Positions 1 to 18,400 of a stretch of DNA of 32,128 bases are shown one piece after another. Source of the stretch: an uncultured cyanobacterium (GTDB lineage Bacteria; Cyanobacteriota; Cyanobacteriia; Leptolyngbyales; Leptolyngbyaceae); the NCBI GenBank assembly GCA_963766075.1, contig CAVYAN010000025.1, forward strand, positions 1-32,128, in the 5' to 3' direction. Both the position numbers and the translations under genes were made by a program. Numbering within the stretch: the first letter of the stretch is position 1; each line of letters starts with the position of its first letter. The notes beneath the pieces were generated by a model. The model was not told the DNA's origin. It made no database searches and saw nothing but the letters and a program-made list of their open reading frames with translations.

Positions 1-21
1 GGAATTGTTGCGAGAAAGTAG

Positions 22-50
22 TTGACAGGGATTAAGGCGTGGGTTAAGCT
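22..50 (+). promoter_or_regulatory. sigma70-type rrn promoter
   Basis: TTGACA (22-27), 17-bp spacer, TAAGCT (45-50), about 300 nt upstream of 16S. Confidence 0.8.
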
Positions 51-104
51 AGTAAAGCGGGTGAGGGAGGGCGAGCGAAAGCGGACCGCCTTACACCGGC
101 GACT

Positions 105-155
105 GAACCAAGAAAACGAAATAGTTTAGAAGTCATAATAGCACTAAATACCCGG
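105..155 (+). promoter_or_regulatory. rrn leader boxA-like element and 16S processing-stem arm
   Basis: GAACCAAGAAAA resembles the ITS boxA GAACCTTGAAAA. The leader segment GAACCAAG..ATAGTTTAGAAGTC..CACTAAATACCCGG is complementary to ITS ~1932-1971 (TCTGGGTGTTTAGTGGACTTCTAGACTAT..TTGGTTC). Confidence 0.7.
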
Positions 156-346
156 TCAATTAAATTAAAGACCACGTGATTTAGGGAAAGAGCTTAATGG
201 ATGCTTAGGTATCTGGGTTAAGTTTGAGTAGATGAATTAGAGTGGCGAACAACCGGAAATAGATATTTTCTGGAGCTAGAGCTCAAGGTTGATGTTTAGT
301 TATTTAGGATTGAGCTGTTGAAGGTTTAATTTCGAGATAACGAGAT

Positions 347-1838
<1,492 letters not shown>

Positions 1839-1982
1839 AAAGGGAGACCTACCCACCGAACATTGAAAGTATTAACAGAGGGAACGACGTTAATGCGAAT
1901 AGATGAACGGATTGGTCATCTCAAAGGTCGTTCTGGGTGTTTAGTGGACTTCTAGACTATTTGATTGGTTCGGGAAGGGCAT

Positions 1983-2056
<74 letters not shown>

Positions 2057-2070
2057 CCATTCTTATACTG

Positions 2071-2143
2071 GGGGGTTTAGCTCAGTTGGTAGAGCGCCTG
2101 CTTTGCAAGCAGGATGTCAGCGGTTCGAGTCCGCTAACCTCCA
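2071..2143 (+). tRNA. trnA: tRNA-Ala(UGC)
   Basis: GGGGGTTTAGCTCAGTTGGTAGAGCGCCTGCTTTGCAAGCAGG...GGTTCGAGTCC. Confidence 0.99.
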
Positions 2144-2185
2144 CTGCCCAAGAAGAAAGGGAAGACATTTTAGTGTCTAATATTT

Positions 2186-2297
2186 CAGCACCTAATCTAG
2201 TGAACTAAGGTTTAGTTAAGTCAACGATAGTTACTTGAACTAATAACTAATAGAGGCTAGAGAGACTGCTGGATTAGTCCAGTGAGAACCTTGAAAA
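2186..2297 (+). promoter_or_regulatory. ITS boxB helix (2186-2271) and boxA antiterminator (2286-2297)
   Basis: CAGCA...TGCTG basal helix followed by GAACCTTGAAAA, the conserved cyanobacterial ITS motifs. Confidence 0.85.
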
Positions 2298-2440
2298 CTG
2301 CATAATAACTTGTCAGGTAGTAGAAGCGGTCTATAACTTGAGGCATGAGATTGTTTCTAGAGATAGGAATGATGGAGTGTGATTGGGTGATAGGTCGTGA
2401 AAACACAGACACCAAATATTTTAAGCCGATAGAAATTAGT

Positions 2441-5320
<2,880 letters not shown>

Positions 5321-5412
5321 CTTTCAATCGGTAAATATCAGGTGTCTTGAAAATATTGACAAGTTGTTATGCAGCCTTCAGGGTTTCCTGCAATCGGAAA
5401 CTCTTACAAGTT

Positions 5413-5530
5413 TCCTGGTGTCTATGGCGTTGTGGACCCACTCTGACCCATCCCGAACTCAGGTGTGAAACGCAATCGCGGCAAAGATAGTTGGGGGGTA
5501 GCTCCCTGCAAAAATAGCTCGATGCCAGGT
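5413..5530 (+). rRNA. rrf: 5S rRNA
   Basis: TCCTGGTG...CCATCCCGAACTC...GATGCCAGG with paired ends. Confidence 0.97.
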
Positions 5531-5540
5531 TAATTACTCT

Positions 5541-5577
5541 AAAAGCGCTCCCCCACTCAACTGAGGGAGCGCTTTTT
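5541..5577 (+). terminator. rrn intrinsic terminator
   Basis: AAAAGCGCTCCC...GGGAGCGCTTTTT hairpin plus T-tract. Confidence 0.9.
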
Positions 5578-5735
5578 ATATCCTGATGAGGATTAGGTTA
5601 ATTTTGTTAGACACTAATAATTTTTTCTAAAAAACTAAAACTTATGAACTCTGAATAACTGAAACTTATGAACAATTACAGATCAGCTCTGCTGCTATTC
5701 TGGGCACTCTAGCCCTAGATCACGTGGGATACATC

Positions 5736-7263
5736 ATGTTGGCAAGGGTTTGGAGTGCGGCTCTGATTGGGATTAATGCTGTGCAGGTCGGCGTGGAAGT
5801 TGATGTTGCGGGTGGTCTACCGGGAATTGTGGTAGTGGGCCTCCCCGATGTGGCTGTTCAAGAAAGTAAGGAGCGGGTCAAAACAGCGATTAAAAACTCT
5901 GGCTTTACTTTTCCCATGAGAAAAATAGTGGTTAACCTTACTCCGGCAGATTTACGCAAAGAGGGGCCTAGTTTTGACTTGCCGATTAGTGTAGGTGTTT
6001 TGGCTGCGTCTGAACAAGCGAACGCTGCCTTGCTGGATGATTTTTTATTTCTGGGAGAACTTTCTCTGGATGGCAGTTTGCGCCCTGTAGCTGGAGTGCT
6101 GGCGATCGCTGCTGAAGCTAAACGTTTAGGTATTAAGGGTATGGTCGTGCCTACTGACAATGCCCGTGAGGCCGCCGTTGTCAGTGGGCTTAAGGTGTTT
6201 GGCTTTAAGCATTTGTCTGAGGTGGGCGAATTTTTATGCCATCCGGAGTCTTGGCAACCCGCCATGGTGAATGGGCTAGAGGAACTGGAGCGATCGCGCT
6301 TCATTGGGCCTGATCTCCGCGATGTCAAGGGTCAAAGTCATGCCCGTCGTGCGTTGGAAATTGCTGCTGCTGGGGGCCATAATGTCATCTTCGTCGGCCC
6401 TCCGGGTAGTGGAAAAACAATGCTAGCGCGACAATTGCCTGGTATCCTTCCCGGATTGAGCTTTGAAGAAGCTCTGGAAATTACCCAAATTCATTCTGTG
6501 GCCGGACTGTTGCGGAATAAAGGGTCTCTGGTGTCCACCCGCCCTTTTCGCAGCCCGCATCATTCTGCCTCAGGAGCGGCTTTGGTGGGCGGCGGCAGTT
6601 TCCCGAAACCAGGAGAAATCTCTCTGGCCCATCGAGGGATCTTGTTTATGGATGAGCTGACTGAATTCAAGCGTGATGTTTTAGAGTTTCTGCGACAGCC
6701 TTTGGAAGACGGCTTTGTCAGCATTTCTCGTACCCGCCAATCGGTGGTTTTTCCTGCCAAGTTTACGCTGGTGGCCAGTACTAATCCCTGTCCCTGTGGC
6801 TTTTTTGGCGATACAGTGCAGCCTTGCACTTGCACCCCGAGATCACGGGAACAGTACTGGGCTCGACTCTCTGGCCCTTTGATGGATAGGATTGATTTGC
6901 AAGTAGCTGTGAATCGGCTGAAGCCTGAAGAAGTGACCCAGCAGCCTACCGGAGAAGAGTCCAACCAAGTACGTCAGCGGGTTCAGGCGGCTCGGAACCT
7001 AGCCACTGCTCGATTTCAGAATACTGATCTACGGTGCAATGCTGATTTGCAAAGTGCCCATCTGCGCCAGTGGTGTCCTATGGATGAAGGGACTAAGGCT
7101 TTGCTGGAGGCCGCGATTCGGAAATTAGGCTTATCGGTGCGGGCTGCACGATCGCATTCTTAAGGTCGCGCGCACGATCGCTGATCTTGCTGGGGACGAG
7201 GCTCTCCAAACACACCATGTCGCCGAAGCAATTCAGTATCGCACGATTGATCGAATGCAGTAG
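5736..7263 (+). CDS. comM: YifB/ComM family Mg-chelatase-like AAA+ ATPase; one extra base near 7147
   Basis: GPPGSGKT Walker A, RSPHHS, LFMDE, CPCG..CTC. The conserved tail [26 protein letters not shown] continues in the shifted frame to TAG at 7261-7263. Confidence 0.92.
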
Positions 7264-7431
7264 GGACGTGAGGCGTTAAGAGAATGGCGCTATTTTATAG
7301 GCCAACATCTCATGGGCTAGCGGAGGTATTTCACGACTCAAAGTGTTTTGAGTATCACAAGGCCCATGGATTGCTCTAGCTGCAGCACTATCTGCACCAT
7401 GGTGAAGACACAATATATCTTGCTAAAAATC

Positions 7432-7469
7432 AAGAACCGGAGAGATCTATTTAGATCTCTCCGGTTTTT
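7432..7469. terminator. Bidirectional terminator between convergent comM and atpC
   Basis: AACCGGAGAGATCTA-TT-TAGATCTCTCCGGTT perfect inverted repeat with A/T-rich flanks. Confidence 0.8.
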
Positions 7470-7520
7470 GCTTATTGCTTAGGCATTGGTACCCACTAGC
7501 AGAATTCCAGGACTGTGGAT

Positions 7521-7931
7521 CTAAAGGGTTCCACCTGCTGCCATATAGCGTGCGCGAGCTTGCTTGAAAGCCTTGCTCGCTTGAAGCTGTTCCTGCTTAT
7601 CAGTGGAACTTTGAGATTGGTTAAATCGCGCTTGCGCCGTGGCAAAGTCAGCTTTAGCTGCCTCTTTATCGATCTCATCTCCGCGCTCGGCCCCATTGAC
7701 TAAAATGGTGACCTCATTGCGCTCCACTTCCGCAAAGCCACCCATCAAAGCAATGGGCACCCAGGTCTTGTCCGCTCGCACCCGAAGCACTCCTGTTTCC
7801 AGAGCTGTCAATAAAGGTGCATGCCCTGTTAAGATTCCCAGTTGCCCGGTGGTGCTGGGTAAAATTACCTCTTCTGCCTGCGAATCCCAAACTGTTTTGT
7901 CGGGGGCAATCACTCGAACTGTCAATGCCAT
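7521..7931 (-). CDS. atpC: ATP synthase F1 epsilon subunit
   Basis: [33 protein letters not shown]; start reassigned to ATG 7931. Confidence 0.97.
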   Translation of the reverse strand: MALTVRVIAPDKTVWDSQAEEVILPSTTGQLGILTGHAPLLTALETGVLRVRADKTWVPIALMGGFAEVERNEVTILVNGAERGDEIDKEAAKADFATAQARFNQSQSSTDKQEQLQASKAFKQARARYMAAGGTL

Positions 7932-7993
7932 AGGTTTTTCTCCAGCGCGCTGAGTGCTCAATTCAAAAATTCAGCACTCAGCAGTTTCTATGT

Positions 7994-9457
<1,464 letters not shown>

Positions 9458-9645
9458 TTACTTCTGTCCTTACTTCGGTAATTATCAGGTGTTGTACTGG
9501 TGGCAAGCGCCTGCTTAGGCGTTTCCGTACGGGAAGAGATACTTAAGAAAATGCCAAGAATTAGATTATCACTGAATGGGTTACGGATGGTTAAGTTATC
9601 CAAAATCCTCGCGCGCATCGGCTCGTGGTGCTCTCCCAAACCGCC

Positions 9646-11911
9646 TTATTCCGGTGTTTTGGCCATGCCCATCAAAATTTTTTGAGCACTTTGTTCTGGA
9701 ATGCCGCCGTTGGCCTGCCGTTGCACATAGGTGCCATCGGCCTGCAAATCCCAGGCTTGGCGATTATCTGCCAGCAGAATACCCAGAATTTCTTGTAGAT
9801 CTTGAGAACTGGCTTCATCCTCGATCTGGACCACGGCTTCTACCCGCCGATCCAGATTGCGCGGCATCCAGTCAGCACTGCCAATAAAGACTTCCGTCTG
9901 GCCCCCGTTTTGGAAGTAGAACACCCGCGAATGTTCGAGAAAGCGCCCCACAATGCTAATCACCCGAACATTGTCACTGATGCCTGGAAGTTGGGGGCGT
10001 AGACAGCACATTCCCCGCACGATCAAATCAATTTGTACCCCGGCTCGGGAGGCATCGTAGAGGGCAGCAATCATGCGCGGATCGACGAGGGCATTCATTT
10101 TGGCGACGATCCGAGAGTGCTGACCATTGCGGGCATGTTCGGCTTCCCGTTGGATCATGGCGGTCATGCGATCGCGCAGATTGACCGGAGCCACCAGCAG
10201 CTTGCGATAGTCTTTTTGGCGAGAATAGCCCGTTAGGTAATTAAAGAGATCGGTTAGATCGGCACCCAAATCTTCCCTACAGCTAAAAATTCCAAAATCG
10301 GTATAGAGTCGTGCTGTCTTGGGATTGTAGTTGCCGGTGCCAATATGGACATAGCGCCGAATTTTGCCTTCTTCGCGGCGCACCACCAGCACCACCTTGG
10401 TGTGGGTCTTGAGCCCCACCAGGCCATAGACCACATGCACGCCCATATTTTCCAACTTGCGTGCCCAGAGAATATTATTCTCTTCATCAAACCGGGCCTT
10501 CAGTTCTACGAGCGTGGAAACCTGCTTGCCATTTTCTGCGGCGTCAATTAGCGCTTGAACAATTGGCGAATCTCCCGAAGTGCGATACAGAGTCATTTTA
10601 ATGGCCAGCACATCCGGATCATGCGCCGCTTGAGCGATGAAATGCTGCACCGTGCGCGAAAAAGAATGGTAGGGGTGATGTACTAGCACATCCTGTTTGC
10701 GAATCACGGCAAAAAAGTCTTCCTCAAGTTCGGGCAGGGTGCCCCGCGATCGCGACCTCCGGTAACCGCTGTAGTCGGGGTGGAATTGTGGACTGCCAAT
10801 CGGGATCCTTTAATTCTGGCAGAGGGAGGCTGAGCAAATACATCAAATCCCGTAATCCCAGAATGCCCTCGACCTCGTAAATATCGTTAGCGTGTAAATC
10901 CATTTCCTGGCGCAGCATTTCCCGGAGAATTTCCGGCATGGAAGCATGAATTTCTAGTCGCACTACCGAGCCGCCAAACTTTCGCTTGCGCAATTCCTGT
11001 TCGATCGCCTGGAGCAAATCGTCTGCTTCATCTTCTGCCAGTTCCAAATCACCATCCCGGGTAATCCGAAACGGATAATATTCCTGAATCAGCATGCCGG
11101 GAAATAGCGCCTCTAGATTGTGCGCAATGACCTGCTCTAGGGGCACTGCTGCTAGTACCGTGGGTACTCCCTGGATCTCCAGACGCAGTTCCTCTGGTAG
11201 TGGCAGGAACCGTGGCAAAATCTTAGGCACTTTCACCCGTGCAAACAGGTCTTCCCCGGTTGTTGGATCCTTAATCACCACGGCTAGATTTAAGCTGAGG
11301 TTAGAAATGTAGGGGAACGGATGCCCCGGATCCAGGGCCAAGGGTGTCAACACTGGAAAGATCTGTTCGTCAAAATACTGCTGCAAATAACTGCGCTGCT
11401 CTTGGGCTAGGTCAATATAATCCAATAGCAGCACACCTTTTGCGGCCAATTGGGGCCGAATGGTCTGCTCAAAATGCCGATGCTGCTTAATCACCGTGGG
11501 GCGCAATCGCTGACTAATTTTGCCCAGTTGATCCTTTGCCGTTAGCCCATCTGCCGACAGTTTGGTTACCCGCGCTTCTACCTGTTGTTTTAAGGCGGCT
11601 ACCCGGACCATAAAGTATTCGTCCAAGTTAGAGCTGAAAATAGCTAAAAACTTCAGCCGTTCCAACAGAGGAGTACGGGGATCCGTGGCCTCGTGCAATA
11701 CCCGATTGTTAAACTCTAGCCAACTGAGTTCCCGATTGAAATAGTACTGAGGATCGGCAAGATTGACTTCAGTGGCATTGGTGGCAGAGTTGGCGATGGG
11801 ATTGGCGGCAGGGTCAGACGCAGGATTCGCTTCAAGGCTGATTTCAGGATTGACTACAGGATTCACAGCGGTGGTAGAGGGTGATGTGGCATCGATTTTA
11901 CGGCGGGGCAT
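9646..11911 (-). CDS. ppk1: Polyphosphate kinase 1; split by one extra G at 10742-10745
   Basis: [64 protein letters not shown]. Removing one G joins ORFs 10724-12061 and 9646-10707; likely start ATG 11911. Confidence 0.95.
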
Positions 11912-12018
11912 AGGAGGAGGGGAGAGAGGAGGGGAGCAAGGAAGTGGGGAGAGAGGTCCGGACGTGATCTGCGATTGATGATGAAAGGCTGACCTACAAC
12001 CAGTTGCCTGCAAAGGAA

Positions 12019-12234
12019 CTAGGGGTGGCCAAAGACTTCGGTTTCGATACCCACCCACCATTCCCCGAGGCTCATGACATCCTTGTGAATGTCGGCGAGT
12101 TCAGCTTCGTATTGTTCTGGGGTGAGTGTGGTCCGGCGATCGCGCAGCTTTTGCAAACGCAGTTGGGCCAGGAGCCAAGGCTTGGAAATGCCATCAGTCT
12201 GTTCAATGTAGCGAGCCAGTTCCTCACTGTTCAT
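12019..12234 (-). CDS. Small hypothetical protein (71 aa)
   Basis: ATG start, helical protein-like composition (KPWLLAQLRLQKL..LGEWWVGIETEVF), contains a HIP1 site, co-oriented with ppk1. I recall it as conserved in cyanobacteria (not verified). Confidence 0.8.
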   Translation of the reverse strand: MNSEELARYIEQTDGISKPWLLAQLRLQKLRDRRTTLTPEQYEAELADIHKDVMSLGEWWVGIETEVFGHP

Positions 12235-12419
12235 GGGAGTTTCCAGGGTGTTGCGATAATTGACTGTCCCGAATGGCTAATAACGCCTGCGGGCTGGGAA
12301 TGAGAGAGACGGGAGCTAGAGGCTGCCTCCGGCAAGGGATATTTGGCGGTGACGATTGGCTGCACAGACCGAAATCGGTTTGTTTTCAGGTTTATTTTCA
12401 ACCGTGGATCCCCGCTTCT

Positions 12420-12460
12420 GATTTAACGAAGTGTTAAGGAGTGTTTAAAAGTGCGTTAAG
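12420..12460 (-). promoter_or_regulatory. Pho box (SphR/PhoB site), four 8-bp repeats at 11-bp period
   Basis: Minus strand CTTAACGC-act-TTTAAACA-ctc-CTTAACAC-ttc-GTTAAATC compared with the cyanobacterial consensus CTTAACCT-N3 repeats. Confidence 0.7.
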
Positions 12461-12701
12461 TGTTGCGTGCGGTGAGAGTTGCTTTGCGATTGCCCCCAGT
12501 TCGGTGCGAAGTTCGTGCTCTTTCAGGGTTTGTCCTACGTGTCGGTCTGCTCCCCTCTGCTTTCCATTGTATCGCGGTGCTTTTAAGCGGCTATGTATCG
12601 ACCGAGGCCGGAATTGGGTTTCCCTTGCCCGTTCCCAATCTTCACGCGACAATGAGAACAGCTACTTAATGTTTCGATACATGTTAGAAGAAGCCCTTAA
12701 G

Positions 12702-14013
12702 ATGACGCTGACCTCAAACGCTGCTGCTCCTTCACCGACGTAATTCGACGTCTCAATTGCCGACGCCTCAACTACAGCCCTTGGCCCCCGCGACCCTAGA
12801 CTACGACTTGGTGATTGTCGGCGGTGGGATTGTGGGCTTGACTCTGGCCTCTGCGCTCAAAGATTCTGGGCTACGGATTGCTCTGGTGGAGGCAAAGCCC
12901 GAATCAGCGGCGATCGCCCGTGGACAGGCTTACCACATCAACTTAATGTCGAGTCGGATTTATGCTGGCTTGGGGCTGTGGGACCAGATGCGGCCCCAGG
13001 TGAATCCGATTGAGCAAATTCATCTGTCCGATGCGGATTTTTCCCAGGTGGTGCAGTTTGGCCAGCGGGACCTAGGCACTGCGGTGCTGGGCTATGTGGC
13101 GGCCCATGGCGTGGTGCTGGAGGCGTTGCAGGCAGACCTGAGGGCGGCGGCCCACGTGACCTATCTCTGTCCGGTGGAAGTGCGGCGGCGAGTGGAGCAT
13201 GTTGATAGCGTGGTGTTAGAGGTGAATCAGGCGGGAGAGCACAAAGAAATTCGGGCTCGGTTGGTGGTGGGGGCCGATGGAATGCGATCGCCCCTGCGCC
13301 AACAGGCGGGTATTTCCACTTGGGGCTGGCAGTATTGGCAGTCCTGTGTAGTGGCCTTTGTGCAGCCGGAAAAGTCCCACCGCAACATTGCCTACGAACG
13401 CTTTTGGCCCAGCGGTCCCTTTGCAATTTTGCCTTTGCCGCAGAATCTTTGCCGGATTGTCTGGACAGCGCCCCGTGCCGAAGCTGAAGCGCTGCTGGCC
13501 TTGGATGAAGCCCAATTTCTCGCGATCCTGCAAGAACGCTATGGCTCGCAAATGGGCGAACTGAGTCTGGTGGGCGATCGCTATGTGTTTCCGGTCCATC
13601 TGATGCATAGTCGCCAGTACACGCAGTCTCGACTGGTCCTAATTGGGGACGCGGCCCACTGTTGCCATCCTGTGGGCGGACAAGGGGTGAATTTGGGGAT
13701 TCGGGATGCAGCGGTTTTGGCGGAGGTGTTACGGGCAGCCCATGAATCGGGAGAAGATATTGGCGATCGCCAGATTTTGCGCCGCTACGAACACCGACGC
13801 AAACTGGAAAATTGGGTGATTCTGGGTTTTACGGATTTTCTGAATCGCTTGTTTTCCAATACCTTTTTGCCGCTGGTGCTCCTGCGCCGGTTGGGACTGG
13901 TGCTGATGCAGGGCATCCCTCCCCTCAAAAAACTGGCTCTGCGGCTCATGACGGGTCTTTTGGGGCGTGTGCCCCACGTTGCGCAACTGGATGTTCCCCC
14001 CAATAGCCTCTGA
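12702..14013 (+). CDS. ubiH: UbiH/COQ6-family FAD-dependent hydroxylase; probable extra base near 12741, otherwise TTG start at 12757
   Basis: DLVIVGGGIVG, VGADG, LIGDAAHCCHPVGGQGVNLGIRD. Confidence 0.9.
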
Positions 14014-14237
14014 CTATGGGGATGGCTGCGAGTTAGGTGGCCGTGATTATGAACTAGCCGGAGGCTTGCCTGTGAGTGTTCCTGGAGCGTGCTGATGATT
14101 AGTTTGTCGGGGAAGGCTGTCAGGAAGGTTTTCTAGAGCGGTTAGCTGGGGAATCTGGGGTAGAAATCGGTGGAAAGGGACAGGTGTCCCCTACAATGAG
14201 CTAGATTTCGCCGCGATTTCTGACGTTCGCGTTTCTC

Positions 14238-15737
14238 ATGAATGCATCTCTCAGCGCCTTCTGGAAAACTCTCTGGCTGTTTATTACCCTGTCCGCGTTA
14301 CCGATTCAGCAATGGCGCAGTGCCAGCGTTGTAAATCGGGTGTTTGGCGGGCTGCGGCAATGGCGCAGGCAAAGCTATTTGTTGCCCTATGCCGATGGCA
14401 TGGGGACCATTATGGTCAGCTTGGTCTACGCGATCGCCCCCTTTGTCACCGACAACAATAGCTTTGTGGGGATCATGCTGATCGCCTCTGCTGCCTTCTG
14501 GCTGCTGCTCACGGTATCCGATGAGCAGGCGACGCATTGGGGCGGGGTCCAGGCTGTCGGGACGGGAGTTGACGGGGCGGATGTGGGCGATCGCGAGGTG
14601 GCTACTGAGAAACGGCCACTGGGTCTCACCACACCGATTCATCTGATTGTTTTTCTGTACTGGGGTATTTCCTGCGCCGCCACGGCATTGTCCCCCGTGC
14701 GCAAGGCCGCATTTTCGGGATTAACCAAGCTGACGCTCTATCTCATCCTGTTTGCGCTGTTGGCACGATTGCTGCGATCGCCGCGCATTCGGTCATTTCT
14801 GATTGCTGTGTATTTGCATGTGGCGCTGATTGTGAGCGTTTATGGCTTACAGCAGTGGTTCTCGGGGGCGGCGGCTTTGGCGACCTGGGTTGATCCCGCT
14901 TCACCCCTGTCGAAAACCACCCGAGTCTATAGCTATTTGGGCAATCCCAATTTGTTAGCGGGCTATTTACTGCCTGCGGTGATGTTTAGCTTGGTGGCCG
15001 TCTTTGTCTGGCAGGGCTGGATTCGCAAGGCACTGGCGCTAACGATGGTCAGCGTCAATGGGGCCGCGTTTATTCTGACATTTAGCCGGGGCGGCTGGAT
15101 TGGCTTAGTAGTGGGAGGGTTAGTGTTGCTGCTGCTGTTGGGGCATTGGTGGAGTGTTGCCTTGCCTACCTTTTGGCAAAAGTGGGCCATTCCAGGGGTT
15201 TTGGCAGGATCAGCCGCTGTGCTCCTGGTGGCGATGGTGGCGGTGCCGACGTTGCGCGATCGCGTGTTCAGCATGTTTTCCGGGCGCGGAGACAGCAGCA
15301 ACAATTTCCGCATCAATGTTTGGCAGTCGGTGATTGAAATGATTAAGGCGCGTCCAGTGCTGGGTATTGGTCCTGGAAATGTGGCGTTCAATAAAATCTA
15401 TCCGCTGTTCCAGCGTCCACGTTTTACAGCTTTGAGCGCCTATTCGATTGTCTTGGAAGTGGCGGTAGAAACTGGGCTGATTGGCTTGAGCTGTTTTGTG
15501 TGGCTGCTGGTTGTTACCTTTAACATGGGCTGGACGCAAATTCAGCGCCTGCGGGCTGTGGGCAGCCGCCAGGGCTATTGGCTGATGGCGGCGATAGCCA
15601 CTCTATGCGGCATGTTGGGGCATGGGGTGGTGGATACCGTGTGGTATCGGCCCCAAGTCAACACCCTGTGGTGGCTGATGATTGCGATTGTGGCCAGCTA
15701 TTACATGCGGCCTAGGCCGGACGCTGAACAATTTTAG
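14238..15737 (+). CDS. ictB: IctB family polytopic membrane protein (O-antigen ligase-like)
   Basis: RVYSYLGNPNLLAGYL, TFSRGGWIG, RGDSSNNFRINVW, GIGPGN, DTVWYRPQV; TACAAT at 14192-14197 upstream. Confidence 0.93.
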   Translation: MNASLSAFWKTLWLFITLSALPIQQWRSASVVNRVFGGLRQWRRQSYLLPYADGMGTIMVSLVYAIAPFVTDNNSFVGIMLIASAAFWLLLTVSDEQATHWGGVQAVGTGVDGADVGDREVATEKRPLGLTTPIHLIVFLYWGISCAATALSPVRKAAFSGLTKLTLYLILFALLARLLRSPRIRSFLIAVYLHVALIVSVYGLQQWFSGAAALATWVDPASPLSKTTRVYSYLGNPNLLAGYLLPAVMFSLVAVFVWQGWIRKALALTMVSVNGAAFILTFSRGGWIGLVVGGLVLLLLLGHWWSVALPTFWQKWAIPGVLAGSAAVLLVAMVAVPTLRDRVFSMFSGRGDSSNNFRINVWQSVIEMIKARPVLGIGPGNVAFNKIYPLFQRPRFTALSAYSIVLEVAVETGLIGLSCFVWLLVVTFNMGWTQIQRLRAVGSRQGYWLMAAIATLCGMLGHGVVDTVWYRPQVNTLWWLMIAIVASYYMRPRPDAEQF

Positions 15738-15807
15738 GCTTGGGATAGCGCTTTGCGCCGCGATGCTAGGGGGTTTGGCGTCAATTCAAAACCTAAGATG
15801 ATTTGTT

Positions 15808-17921
<2,114 letters not shown>

Positions 17922-18048
17922 CTATCCAAAATTCAGACCATATCTTAGCGTTGTGGCTGGAGATTTGGTCAATTTTGCGATCTTACGGTCTAATGGAAAG
18001 CGACTGAGTGCGAATTTACCCCGCTCATTTTCTACCCCGCTCTTGATT

Positions 18049-18396
18049 ATGCGTGTTTGGATAGTTTGCTTTATTGTGCTGTTTGGGTCGGCAGAGTTGC
18101 TGGAATGGCTGCAAACATTTTCACTGCCGATGCCCATTTTTGTGTTGGGGGGTGCGTTTTTGGCGATCGCTTCCAACTATAACAAACTTACCCACCTGCC
18201 TTTCCATCCCGACTACGAAGCGCCAGAATTGTCCGCCCCAGACCGATCCACGACCGACCGAGCACGACTAACCATTACGACCCACCAATCCACAACAGAC
18301 GCCAGTCCTGTGGTCCCTGTCCCAGGGCAAGTGCCGCCCGCCCGCGCTGCCACGATTTCCTTTGAAATTAGCAAAACGTTCCAGCCAAGGGATTGA
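18049..18396 (+). CDS. Hypothetical small membrane protein
   Basis: Two hydrophobic helices (MRVWIVCFIVLFG; LPMPIFVLGGAFLAIASNY), then a low-complexity tail ending ISFEI; start reassigned to ATG 18049. Confidence 0.75.
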   Translation: MRVWIVCFIVLFGSAELLEWLQTFSLPMPIFVLGGAFLAIASNYNKLTHLPFHPDYEAPELSAPDRSTTDRARLTITTHQSTTDASPVVPVPGQVPPARAATISFEISKTFQPRD

Positions 18397-18400
18397 GTCT

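Noticed and set aside
7311..7368. Nested inverted repeats (CATGGGCT/GGCCCATG around ACTCAAA/TTTGAGT) as an ncRNA or riboswitch
   Set aside because: Short stems, located 3' of two convergent genes, no recognisable family motif
11912..12061. 50-aa N-terminal extension of ppk1 from the ORF track
   Set aside because: Overlaps the upstream gene and is low complexity; ATG 11911 is more plausible
12434..12743. ORFs in the divergent ppk/ubiH intergenic region
   Set aside because: Mutually overlapping, no motifs, and they cover the promoter and Pho-box region
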